DNA from: Spirochaetes bacterium ADurb.BinA120
GTDB taxonomy: Bacteria > Spirochaetota > UBA4802 > UBA5368
Reading direction: 5' to 3'
Assembly (NCBI GenBank): GCA_002069125.1
Contig: MVZN01000001.1
Span: forward strand, 71,696-135,695
Length of the DNA: 64,000 bases
Positions 39,247 through 48,818 of the stretch are shown piece after piece (the first letter of the stretch is position 1; each line of letters starts with the position of its first letter). Made by a program: the position numbers and the translations under genes. Under the pieces are notes generated by a model. That model ran no database searches, had not been told where the DNA came from, and worked only from the letters and a program-made list of their open reading frames with translations.

Positions 39247-39909
39247 ATGGACCGCTCGATGTATTATATTATCGGCGATCTTCACGGAATGCTTTCAAGG
39301 CTCGAGGCCCTGTACGAGCGTCTGCGGGAAATCCTGCGAAAGGACGACACCCTGTTGTTCCTCGGAGATTATATCGACAGGGGCCCGCACTCCTACAAGA
39401 CGATTGAGTTCCTCATTGGGCTTTCCAGGCTGCATTCGACCATATTTCTCAAAGGGAACCACGAATCCATGCTGCTTGAATATCTGGCCGGCGGCGACGA
39501 TGGCCTGTATTTCCGTAACGGCGGAGAGAGAACGGTCGAAAGCTACAGGCGCGCCCAAGGCGCCTTCAGGGTGCCCTCGTCACACGTGGACTTTTTCAAT
39601 TCACTCGTCATGTATCACGAAACGGACAATTTTATTGCGGTCCACGCGGGAATCGATCCGAAAATAACAATGATGGACCTCCAGACGGAGGAGAATATGC
39701 TGTGGATTCGCGAGGAGTTTTATCTTGCCGACAAGCGCTGGCCCAAAACGATCATCTTCGGCCACACTCCCGCGGTCCATTTTTCCGGGGTGATGTCGAG
39801 GCCGTGGTTCGACGAGAGGCGCAATATAATCGGACTGGATACCGGTGCTGTGTACGGCGGCATGCTTACCTGCATGCGCTGGCCGGATAGGGCCATATTC
39901 CAGAGCTAA
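39247..39909 (+). CDS. PPP-family metallophosphoesterase (Ser/Thr protein phosphatase / ApaH-like)
   Basis: GDLHG, GDYIDRG, GNHE motifs; start ambiguous (TTG 39235 / ATG 39247 / ATG 39259). Confidence 0.8.
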   Translation: MDRSMYYIIGDLHGMLSRLEALYERLREILRKDDTLLFLGDYIDRGPHSYKTIEFLIGLSRLHSTIFLKGNHESMLLEYLAGGDDGLYFRNGGERTVESYRRAQGAFRVPSSHVDFFNSLVMYHETDNFIAVHAGIDPKITMMDLQTEENMLWIREEFYLADKRWPKTIIFGHTPAVHFSGVMSRPWFDERRNIIGLDTGAVYGGMLTCMRWPDRAIFQS

Positions 39910-39962
39910 GGACCGCGTGGCGTAAGGGCGCCCCGGACGGAATCGATAGCGGGTAATGGGAA

Positions 39963-41162
39963 ATGAAGAGATCGTTTAAGGAATACGGACGCCTGATCGT
40001 GTGCCTTCTATCAATTACGTTCGCGACGTCGGGTATTTCCGGGGCGGAGAATTATAGCATACTCGCCAGGGTCGAGTCCAAACGAAAAGACGGCCTTTTA
40101 ACCTTGAGATTCGACTCGAGACCGCTATCGGATTCGTATTTTCTCGTAGAAGGCGAGCGTGTGATCGGAAGGATATCGGTCGTTTCATCCGACAAGCCGG
40201 GGGAGGGCATGCGCGGCTGGTATAGGGTTATCGCGTATTATTCTCTCGACAACCCCGCCGACGAGGCATCCATCCGGGCCGGCCTCGAAATAGGGCTGCG
40301 CGTAGAGGCCGAAAGGAAGACGAGGGACTATGCCGAGCCCCAGAAAAGGGAAACTGTCGTCTATAAAAGCAGAATCATGTCGCCGGTCGACGGTCGAGAA
40401 ATGGTGCTCATCCCCGCGGGAAAATTCGTTTTCGGAAGCGATACCGACCAGAGAGACGAGGCGCCAGAGCGGATCATGGAGCTGGGGGATTATTACATCG
40501 ATCGGCACGAGGTGTCCAACGCCGATTTTCTGAGGTATGTGCGCATGACAAACGGCCAATACCCCGGATCATGGAAGGAGCGCGTTCCTGATCAGTCCGA
40601 GATGGAGCTTCCGGTAATGGTAACCTGGATGGAGGCCGAGGCCTATGCCCGCTGGGCAAACAAGCGCCTCCCAACCGAAATGGAATGGGAGAAAGCCGCG
40701 AGGGGACCCGCGCCGGCCCAGGGCGCCGGGAAGGATGCTGGATCGGACCGCCAATATCCATGGGGTGGAGGCTTCGAATCGGGAAGGTCGAATACCCTGG
40801 AATTCTGGGAGGATGCCGGAAAGGGAAAGGAGATCAAAGGCTCCAGGCTCAGAGGGCTCCTTCCGGTAACATCGTTCGAGGGCATAGGCGATTCGCCTTT
40901 CGGGGTCGTGAATATGTCGGGAAACGCCCCGGAGTGGACGACCGACTGGTACAGGGCCTACCCGGGAAACAATTATGCCGACAGGCGTTTCGGGACCAGA
41001 TTCAAGGTGCTGAGGGGGGGCGCCTGGTTCAGCAGGGCCGAAAGCGTGAGAGTAACGCGAAGGCAGATCGGTGGAATGCCGAACCTGTACAGCGATCCCG
41101 CAGGCGGGTTTCGTTGCATTAAGGCTCCGGCCCTGCTCGATATAGAATCTGACGGAAAATAG
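39963..41162 (+). CDS. secreted formylglycine-generating-enzyme (FGE-sulfatase/SUMF1) family domain protein with N-terminal extra domain
   Basis: signal peptide; FGE-domain motifs (RHEVSNADFLRYV, WMEAEAYARWANKRLPTEMEWEKAARG, RGGAWFS). Confidence 0.85.
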   Translation: MKRSFKEYGRLIVCLLSITFATSGISGAENYSILARVESKRKDGLLTLRFDSRPLSDSYFLVEGERVIGRISVVSSDKPGEGMRGWYRVIAYYSLDNPADEASIRAGLEIGLRVEAERKTRDYAEPQKRETVVYKSRIMSPVDGREMVLIPAGKFVFGSDTDQRDEAPERIMELGDYYIDRHEVSNADFLRYVRMTNGQYPGSWKERVPDQSEMELPVMVTWMEAEAYARWANKRLPTEMEWEKAARGPAPAQGAGKDAGSDRQYPWGGGFESGRSNTLEFWEDAGKGKEIKGSRLRGLLPVTSFEGIGDSPFGVVNMSGNAPEWTTDWYRAYPGNNYADRRFGTRFKVLRGGAWFSRAESVRVTRRQIGGMPNLYSDPAGGFRCIKAPALLDIESDGK

Positions 41163-41214
41163 AACAACAATAGTTGAAAATTCTATGTGTAAAAATGATA
41201 CAATTATTAACAGA

Positions 41215-41236
41215 TTTATCCACAAATGTGGATAAA
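41215..41236. promoter_or_regulatory. 22-bp perfect palindrome TTTATCCACA-AA-TGTGGATAAA = two inverted perfect DnaA-box 9-mers, overlapping the promoter/5'UTR of the EEP gene
   Basis: exact palindrome; each half is the TTATCCACA consensus; sits between AT-rich promoter elements and the RBS (41244-41250). Confidence 0.6.
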
Positions 41237-41256
41237 CCTCTGTGAGGGGGTACCCA

Positions 41257-42360
41257 ATGAGCACACGTTTTCTATCAGCTTTTATCGCGGTTTTTACCGG
41301 CATAATTATACTCGGATGCGGGAGAAAAGATGACAATGCCGGGGCCGTCAGAGAAAACCTGAAATTAATGAGCATAAATGTCTGGTCCGGGCTCGATTAC
41401 AAGGGCACTCTGGTCATGGGAGAATACGAAGCGCCTGAGAGGCGGGAGCTGCGCTACCAGTCCCTGTTATCGGAGATTCGCCGGCTCGATCCGGATATAA
41501 TCGGCATAAACGAGGCCAACTTCCTTCCGGATTATATCAAGCGGCTGGCCAGGGACATCGATTACGATTACATCTATCACGTGGGGGTTTCCGGCCTCCA
41601 TGTCGGCAGGCTGGGCCTGCCCTGGAACCTGCGGGAAGGAGACGCGCTACTGGCAAAAAAGGACATGTCTCTCTCATTCGTGGGAAGAAAGCAGCTCTCG
41701 GGCGGAGGGTGCGTCGGCAATATGTTCTCGTTCCATACGCAGGACGCCACCCAGGTGCTCGTCGGGAGACTTAGGGTCAACGGCCGGCACCTGTACGCCG
41801 CGGTGACCCACTGGCACGCGTCGCCTCTCGATGACGCGGCCACACGACGGACGCTCGAGGGGCTGAGGGACAAATGGAACTACAGCAGCGATCAATACAG
41901 GCAGGCCGTCGAGTCGCTCGTTGCGGATAACGAGTGGCGCAAGGGCGAGGCCAGGCTGATGTCGGAATACCTGGATTCCGTGGTCCCCGCCGACGCCCCT
42001 CTTGCCGTGCTGGGCGACTTCAATACGGAGATAACGAGCCCAGAGATGCGGCTTCTTATCGACAAGGGATATATCGACGCGTACGCCCGCGTTTCCCGCC
42101 AGCCCGGCCACACATGGGACCCTTCGGCGAACACGAACATCAGAAGCTTTTATTTGGGGGATACCGAAAAAAGGTTTGATTCTTTATACGAACACCTCAA
42201 CAGTATGAACGAGGCAACCGGCAAGCGGATAGATTTTATACTGCTCAACGAGACGCTTGGGACCGGACCGGTTGTGGACGCGGCGGTGTGTTTCGACCGT
42301 CTTCACGAGGGAGTCCACCCCTCGGACCACTTCGGGGTTTTCGCGATTGTCGCGTTGTGA
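41257..42360 (+). CDS. endonuclease/exonuclease/phosphatase (EEP) family lipoprotein
   Basis: signal peptide with ILGCG lipobox; EEP catalytic motifs (GINEAN, LGDFN, SDHFGV). ATG 41257 with GAGGGGG RBS; track start 41242 is GTG. Confidence 0.8.
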   Translation: MSTRFLSAFIAVFTGIIILGCGRKDDNAGAVRENLKLMSINVWSGLDYKGTLVMGEYEAPERRELRYQSLLSEIRRLDPDIIGINEANFLPDYIKRLARDIDYDYIYHVGVSGLHVGRLGLPWNLREGDALLAKKDMSLSFVGRKQLSGGGCVGNMFSFHTQDATQVLVGRLRVNGRHLYAAVTHWHASPLDDAATRRTLEGLRDKWNYSSDQYRQAVESLVADNEWRKGEARLMSEYLDSVVPADAPLAVLGDFNTEITSPEMRLLIDKGYIDAYARVSRQPGHTWDPSANTNIRSFYLGDTEKRFDSLYEHLNSMNEATGKRIDFILLNETLGTGPVVDAAVCFDRLHEGVHPSDHFGVFAIVAL

Positions 42361-42394
42361 AGGTGCGCGTGATCCAGGCTGACAGGGTGCCGAT

Positions 42395-44614
42395 ATGAGA
42401 TTATTCTATTTCCTCGCCAGAAAAATAAGCTATACCTTCGCGCTCGCCTTCCTTACCGTTTTGGGTGGATGGCTGGGTGCGGTATTCGGATATTTTCTCA
42501 GTACCTCGTTCCTCCTCTCCTCCATCGAGCAGATAACCAACATTATCGTCAAATGGCTTCCCTGGGCGGTTTTGTCGGCCACCATGCTGCACTATCTTCA
42601 GTTCGGAATACTCTCTCGCATAGGCATCCCGGCGTTTTTCAGTTCCCTGCGCATGATCAACAGGCGGTTCGACGGCGATATGCTGAAGGGGGAGATCAGC
42701 GACGAAGAGCTGCGCGAATTGTACGGGTACATCTCGGACCTTCCGCTGTACAATATGCTATCCTCGGTGTTTTACGTAGTGCTTACTGGAATACTGACCG
42801 TAATCGCGATATACGCGGACATGACGCTCGGCGGCACGTTCGATCCGGTTATTTTCAAGATGATGGGGAAGGCGATCGGAATCGGGCTCGTTGTTGTTTT
42901 CGTTCTGTACGGCATGTCGACATATCTTTTTACGGAGATCATAACCGGTTACGAGCGCGCAACCTGCTACAACACGCTCCTCGCGCGGGGAATAGTGACC
43001 CACCCGAGGGTGCTGAGCGGCGTCCGGGTCAAGTTCTCGTTTTTTCTAATTCTTATGGTACTGGCGCTTCTTACCTTCGCGGCCCTGATGGAAAAAAGCC
43101 GTTTCTTTTACAAGGCCGATTTAACCGCCGTCATCGTTTACCTCATTGTGGCAATCGCGTCGATGGTTTTTCTCATGGCGGTAAACTCCAACTCTATTTT
43201 ACGCGTCCTCAAGGAGATAAGCCGCGTGGCCCGGGAGATCTCCACCGGCGGCGACGCGGAGTTCCGGGTGCTCTCGCTCGACAGGGAATTTTCCGCAATT
43301 GAGTTCGGCTTCGTCGAAATGGCGCGCGAGATACGGGAGTACAGGAAAAACATCGAAATGAAGGTGGAGCAGCGCACGGCCGAGCTGCAGGGGGCGCTTG
43401 CGGACCTCAAGGAGCGCGACGATCTGATCCAGAAACAGTTGGATATAGCCAGCACCATACAGCGGGGCATTCTTCCGGGAAGGATCGACGATTGGAACGA
43501 GCTCAAGTTCTCCATACGTTACATCGCCATGGAGAAAATAGGAGGCGACTTCTACGACGTGTATCAGCTAAAAGGCAACAAGCTGGGCCTGCTGATGGCC
43601 GACGTATCGGGCCACGGCATCCCGGCGGCCCTGGTTACGACGATGGCCAAGATCTCTTTCGGAAATGCGTGCAACAAGCACGACTCCCCCCGAAGAATTT
43701 TCCAGGAGGTCAATCAGAACATCATCGAACACGTAAAGACGCAGGATTACCTGACCTGTTTTTTCCTGGCGATCGACGAGGACTATTCCGTAACCTACGC
43801 CAACGCGAGCCACCAGAAGGCCATTCTGCTGCGGGCTGGGGCGGAGGCCACGGAGCTGCTCGATACCAACGGGCTGTTTATCGGAGCCATCGAGGAGGCG
43901 CGCGATACCTATGAAGAGAAGACCACGAAGATGAAGTACGGGGACCGCCTTATCATGTACACCGACGGAATCCCCGAGGCCATCGATTCCGAACGCCGCG
44001 AGTATTCGTTGGAGAGGCTGCAGTCCGTAATAGTAAAGAACCGCAATCTCCCCCTGGAGGACTTTACGAGCGCAATCATAGAGGACGTGCAGAGGTTCAT
44101 AGGGAGCGCACAGGTTGAGGACGACATCACGCTGGTCGTCACAGAGCTCGCGCGCGACGCGGCGGTGGATATCATCAAAAATTCGAAAAAGCTCGTGTCG
44201 GAAAACAGGCACTACGAGGCCATCGAGCACCTCGAGCGGGGGCTTTCCCTGTATCCGGACAACAGGAAGCTATTATATAACCTGGCGAAGAACTATTTCC
44301 GCGTGAACAACTACGCCAGGACGATCGAAACAATCCAGTCGTATATAGAGGCGGACAAGCGCAACAAGTATGCCTACTATATCGCCGGCGCGGCCTACTA
44401 TCAAATGATGGATTACCAGAACTCGATCTACATGCTCGAGGAGGCCGTTAGAATAGACCAGAATTTCTCGAACGCGCATTTCGCCCTGGGCATGTCGCAC
44501 AAGAAGCGTGAGAACCGCGACGAGGCGATACGTTGTTTCGAAAAGGTGATAAATCTCGATGCGGACAATAAGCTCGCGCTTTACGAGCTGAGCGAACTCA
44601 GAAAGGCCAAATAG
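42395..44614 (+). CDS. membrane sensor with HAMP-like linker, PP2C-type SpoIIE phosphatase domain and C-terminal TPR repeats
   Basis: multi-TM N-terminus, coiled coil, GDFYD / MADVSGHG / DDITLV PP2C motifs, TPR tail. Confidence 0.85.
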   Translation: MRLFYFLARKISYTFALAFLTVLGGWLGAVFGYFLSTSFLLSSIEQITNIIVKWLPWAVLSATMLHYLQFGILSRIGIPAFFSSLRMINRRFDGDMLKGEISDEELRELYGYISDLPLYNMLSSVFYVVLTGILTVIAIYADMTLGGTFDPVIFKMMGKAIGIGLVVVFVLYGMSTYLFTEIITGYERATCYNTLLARGIVTHPRVLSGVRVKFSFFLILMVLALLTFAALMEKSRFFYKADLTAVIVYLIVAIASMVFLMAVNSNSILRVLKEISRVAREISTGGDAEFRVLSLDREFSAIEFGFVEMAREIREYRKNIEMKVEQRTAELQGALADLKERDDLIQKQLDIASTIQRGILPGRIDDWNELKFSIRYIAMEKIGGDFYDVYQLKGNKLGLLMADVSGHGIPAALVTTMAKISFGNACNKHDSPRRIFQEVNQNIIEHVKTQDYLTCFFLAIDEDYSVTYANASHQKAILLRAGAEATELLDTNGLFIGAIEEARDTYEEKTTKMKYGDRLIMYTDGIPEAIDSERREYSLERLQSVIVKNRNLPLEDFTSAIIEDVQRFIGSAQVEDDITLVVTELARDAAVDIIKNSKKLVSENRHYEAIEHLERGLSLYPDNRKLLYNLAKNYFRVNNYARTIETIQSYIEADKRNKYAYYIAGAAYYQMMDYQNSIYMLEEAVRIDQNFSNAHFALGMSHKKRENRDEAIRCFEKVINLDADNKLALYELSELRKAK

Positions 44615-44623
44615 GTCCCGCCG

Positions 44624-45796
44624 TCAGGCCTTAACGGCGCGCTCCACGGCATCCTCTATTACGGGGATCATCTCTTCCACGTAGCGATCTATATCCGGAA
44701 TGCTATTCTGGGGGAAGCGGAAGCCAATGGCTCCCTCATGCCCGCCGCCGTTGGCTATGTTCAGGATGTATAAAACGTCACGCAAGTCAAAGCTTCTGAA
44801 AAGGTGTCCGCGGCGCATTCGAAACTGCACAAGTTTCTCGCCACCCGCCTGGTCGGCAAAGCATATAAGGCTGAGCCGTCCGCTTTTCTCGGCGAGAGTG
44901 TTGGCTATGGCCTTTGTTACGGTGGTTATTATCTCGTGGTCGAATTCGCGGTACAGGTGGTCCATATCGTCTTCGTGCAGTATGACATATCCTATCGACT
45001 CGGAGAAACGCCTGCGCTCGTTGATGTAATTAAAGCAGGCCACCTCCCTCTCCGTGAGGTGCTGGAGCTCCTCGAATATCTGCTCCATGTTGGTGAAGTT
45101 GGTGTCACGCACGGTCATGCGTTCGAGGATGGTGTTGTACATCCCGGAAAAGATGTCGTAAAACTTCTTCTCCCTGCGGGACTTGAGGAATTGCCCCTTC
45201 TGCGTATCGCCCAGTATCCCCGTGAGTATGGCGAGGACGAAATTCCTGGAGAACGGATCTGAAATGAGGTATTTGTTGAGCAGTTTTTTTCTGGTGCGGA
45301 GCTTCAGCGCGAGATAGCCGACAAGCTCGCTCGAAGAGGAGGCGGCGGTAACGAGCGAGTACTCCGGCATGCCTATGTAATCGCTGTCTCCGCCCAGATG
45401 ATGGTCTATCTCTATCCTGACGATTGAATCGTCTTTCATCATGCGCGCTATTCTGGGATTAAGCTCGAGCATCGAGGGCTTCGGGGTGTCGCAGATTACG
45501 ATTGCGTCGATGCTGTTCAATATTCTGCGCGTTCCGCTGACAATCCGGATTGAATTGTATTTACAGATTTTCACCAGATATTGAAGGTTGTCGGGAATTG
45601 AGCCGGGTAGATATATCTGGGGAAATTTGTCGAATTTGGTGAGCAGTATGGCGAAGGCCACCATGCTGGCGATGCAGTCTTCGTCGGGACTTTTGTGGCC
45701 ACAGATCAGAAAGTTGCTGCGCGCCAGCATCATCTCGATGATGTTGTTGATTACTATGTTTTTCTCACGAATGGTCTGGATCGCGCGCTTGGCCAT
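44624..45796 (-). CDS. DHH/DHHA1 phosphoesterase, NrnA-like bifunctional oligoribonuclease/pAp phosphatase
   Basis: DHH (IEIDHHLG) and GGGH (NGGGHEGA) motifs; ATG at 45796 preferred over GTG 45847. Confidence 0.85.
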   Translation of the reverse strand: MAKRAIQTIREKNIVINNIIEMMLARSNFLICGHKSPDEDCIASMVAFAILLTKFDKFPQIYLPGSIPDNLQYLVKICKYNSIRIVSGTRRILNSIDAIVICDTPKPSMLELNPRIARMMKDDSIVRIEIDHHLGGDSDYIGMPEYSLVTAASSSSELVGYLALKLRTRKKLLNKYLISDPFSRNFVLAILTGILGDTQKGQFLKSRREKKFYDIFSGMYNTILERMTVRDTNFTNMEQIFEELQHLTEREVACFNYINERRRFSESIGYVILHEDDMDHLYREFDHEIITTVTKAIANTLAEKSGRLSLICFADQAGGEKLVQFRMRRGHLFRSFDLRDVLYILNIANGGGHEGAIGFRFPQNSIPDIDRYVEEMIPVIEDAVERAVKA

Positions 45797-46020
45797 CAGT
45801 TTTTCCGATAGATGAAAAATTCCCCCTGTTCCGGGGGGCCGTCTCACGCGGCTGAAGCCATCCTACGGGCTGTCGGAGAAACGAAGCGGGATTATGCGCT
45901 AATATCCCGCCGGACATCCTCCCGGGGATGGGAACCGATAAACGTATGCCTGAATAATAATAGCGATGGTGATGTAAAATGCAAATATTATTTAATCTGT
46001 TTTGTTTTTCCCGTCGCCTT

Positions 46021-46344
46021 TCAGACGATAAACGGAGAATATTTCAGCCCAACCGTCCCCTTTTTTATCCACAACCTAAGCTTCTGGGCGCTGCGGCCGT
46101 CCACGGACGTGATCGTTCCGATCTCCTCGATAAAGCTGATGGAGCTCACTGGGAACTCATAGAACAGCTTATCGTCCGAGAAGGGGTCGGTAAGAAGCAC
46201 CACTTTCTTCGAATCGCTCGCGTGCTTGCGGGGCATCCCCTCGAAGGAGACGTGGGATCTCCGGAATCCGGGGTCCTTGTAGAGGTCGACATCGAAACTC
46301 TCGGATATCTGCAGCAGCTTCCTGATGTATCGTTTTTCCGGCAT
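46021..46344 (-). CDS. hypothetical protein (107 aa)
   Basis: ORF with backbone-like codon usage between nrnA-like and asmA-like genes; weak RBS. Confidence 0.35.
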   Translation of the reverse strand: MPEKRYIRKLLQISESFDVDLYKDPGFRRSHVSFEGMPRKHASDSKKVVLLTDPFSDDKLFYEFPVSSISFIEEIGTITSVDGRSAQKLRLWIKKGTVGLKYSPFIV

Positions 46345-46529
46345 GGGCCTGCCTGTTCCTCGTACGGCCTAATATGCTTGACGACGAGCCATGACTGCTT
46401 TAATACGTAGACCGCTAATTCGACCGCCCGGTTTTTATAACGGCTTTTCGACCCGTTTCGGGCCAAGCACAAGGACTTCCGGCTCGAAGTCGTTTTATTC
46501 ATAATTCAGGCGAATATATCGTATCCAGC

Positions 46530-48818
46530 ATGATAAGGAAAGCGATAAAAAAGTCAATACTGTTTAAATCCGGAATCGCCGTCGCGGGCGTGGTTTTCGT
46601 CCTGGCCATGCTTCGCCTTTTCCTTTTCTGGAGCGCGCCGGAGAGGATGCTCAAGGAATCCCTCACGGCTTTTTTCAAGGAGAACCTCGGAAAGGCGGTC
46701 AAGTTCGAGGATGTGGGCATGTCGTTAATGGGCGACCTCCAGATAAGCAGCCTCAATATGTCCATCTCGAGCGATTTCAATGACAACATAAGCCTCGTGC
46801 AAAGCCCGTCTGTAACGATCGGCGTCGATCTGTGGTCGCTCCTAAAGGGGAGGGTCTGTATAAACGGGATCCGCTTCGCGGATCCAAGAATTACCCTCCT
46901 GAAACGCTATGACCGCACCTACGGCGATACCCTCCGGGACCTGTTTATGTCCGGAAAGCCCCTCGATGAGATCGGCAATATCGATGCCGCGGATTTTACC
47001 ATAATTATCTCAAACGGAAGGGTCACCGCAATCGAAAACCTTGTCGACGGCAGGATCGTTGTCGAAAGCACAAAGGTGAACCTCGAAGCCCGTTTCGACG
47101 ATGAAGGTATTGCATACAGGCTTAGCGGCACACTGGCGCCCTTCGGCAGCAGGGAGATCAGAAGGGGCGGGTTTTCGGCCTCGGGGACCATATATAGAAA
47201 TGGAGCCCGGCCCGGATATTCCTCCATGCACAGGCTGTCAATCGAGAATTTCGATGTCTCGTATCTCAACCCCAAACTGCCTTTCCCGTCACTTGCGGTT
47301 TTCGGAGGCTTGTCCATCAACGCGATCATTCACTCAACCGGCCCCCATGCGAGTATCGAATGTTCGACAGCGCTAAACAACCTGAATATCGTGGAGCGCG
47401 GCCGTGAAGGCGCCCGCAATGTCATCGCGAACGAAAACATGAACATATCGATGGCCCTGGATGTGCTCGACGCCGGGGGCCGGATCGTCGTGCGTGGGTT
47501 TGAGGCCGGTGACGATTCCGCTCGGCTGATCGCCAAGGGCATCTACAGTTGTAATGGCGGGGAGGAATATTTCGACCTCAGGCTCGAGCGATTCGGGATT
47601 GACCTCGCCCGGATGTCCGAATGGCTGACCCCCTGGGAGGGGGTATCATTCGACGGCCGCCTCGAGGGGGCGGGCCGGGTGTTCTATGATATGCGTCATA
47701 ACCGGGCGGTAGAGGTGTCCCTATTTGCCGGCGCGGATGGGCTCGCGGTAACCAAAAAATCCGGAAATTCCAGGAGGGTGCTTCTCTCGGTGCCGGGGGC
47801 GCGTGTTAGGATCAGGGACGGGGCCTTCTCGATTTCCGCGGAATTCCGGAAGGAGCGTTCGGATCTCGACTTTCGCGGCGGCGGTTTTGTCAGCGCATGG
47901 TTTCCTCTGGTTTCCGAAAGCTCGCTTTCGTTCGAATCGAAAGTGATGGAGGCCATTATCCCGGCTGGCGCGCTCTTTCAAAGCGTCAGACGGCTCTACG
48001 GGGAGGCCCTGGAGGACAGGACGAGCGGATATGAACAGCGGTTTTTCATGAAAACCCCACTGGGATCGTTCGTGAACAATAATATGATCGATTGTGAGAT
48101 CAGGGCTGCCAATGTCCTGTTCGGCGGCAGGAAGGCGCTCTCCGATTTTAAAGCGGCTATTCGACTGGCCGATGGATATCTCAGGCTCGAGCGGTTCTCA
48201 ATCTCCGGCCTGGGAGGCGACTACGGGCTCGATATGCGGGCATATCTGAAAAGCGATTATCCGGGCGGGTCGGTTACGGGCAGGGTCTCGGGGATCGACC
48301 TGGAGGAGCTCGCCCGCAATCTGGGCGTCGGAGGAAGCGTATCGGGTAGGCTGGGGGCGGATTTCAGCTTCGAATTCAGCGGCAACAGGAAGGCGCATCT
48401 GATCGACAATGGTAAGATGGAGTTCAACCTCACGGCGGAATCGGGGCATCTCCGCGAAACTGCGTTTCAAAACCGGCTGGCCGAATTCCTTAATGGCTGC
48501 GGATACGACAAGTCGGCGTTCGGGAGTATCGATTTTACGCGGGCGACCCTCTCGGCGAACCAGGTCGGGGAGAACCTGTACCTGAGCAACATGAATTTCA
48601 GCGGAGACTCCCTGAGCGCCGCGGGCTATGGTACGTATCGTCCCGATGAAGGCCTTCGTGTCCCTCTTAGCGCGAGCTATGCGGTTGAGGGAAGCGACGA
48701 GACTCCAGGAAAAATGACAAGCGTCCCGCTTGTAATAACGGGACGCCTTTTCGATCCGGTGCTGAAGGTTTCGACCAAGAAGGATTCGGCCGGATTATCC
48801 CTCTTTCATATCGATTAG
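46530..48818 (+). CDS. AsmA-family outer-membrane assembly protein
   Basis: 762 aa, N-terminal membrane anchor, long repetitive beta-rich body. Confidence 0.75.
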   Translation: MIRKAIKKSILFKSGIAVAGVVFVLAMLRLFLFWSAPERMLKESLTAFFKENLGKAVKFEDVGMSLMGDLQISSLNMSISSDFNDNISLVQSPSVTIGVDLWSLLKGRVCINGIRFADPRITLLKRYDRTYGDTLRDLFMSGKPLDEIGNIDAADFTIIISNGRVTAIENLVDGRIVVESTKVNLEARFDDEGIAYRLSGTLAPFGSREIRRGGFSASGTIYRNGARPGYSSMHRLSIENFDVSYLNPKLPFPSLAVFGGLSINAIIHSTGPHASIECSTALNNLNIVERGREGARNVIANENMNISMALDVLDAGGRIVVRGFEAGDDSARLIAKGIYSCNGGEEYFDLRLERFGIDLARMSEWLTPWEGVSFDGRLEGAGRVFYDMRHNRAVEVSLFAGADGLAVTKKSGNSRRVLLSVPGARVRIRDGAFSISAEFRKERSDLDFRGGGFVSAWFPLVSESSLSFESKVMEAIIPAGALFQSVRRLYGEALEDRTSGYEQRFFMKTPLGSFVNNNMIDCEIRAANVLFGGRKALSDFKAAIRLADGYLRLERFSISGLGGDYGLDMRAYLKSDYPGGSVTGRVSGIDLEELARNLGVGGSVSGRLGADFSFEFSGNRKAHLIDNGKMEFNLTAESGHLRETAFQNRLAEFLNGCGYDKSAFGSIDFTRATLSANQVGENLYLSNMNFSGDSLSAAGYGTYRPDEGLRVPLSASYAVEGSDETPGKMTSVPLVITGRLFDPVLKVSTKKDSAGLSLFHID

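Noticed and set aside
41215-41236. Chromosomal replication origin (oriC) at the DnaA-box palindrome
   Set aside because: Only two boxes, no dnaA/dnaN/gyrB context, no AT-rich DUE with 13-mer repeats. More likely a regulatory site.
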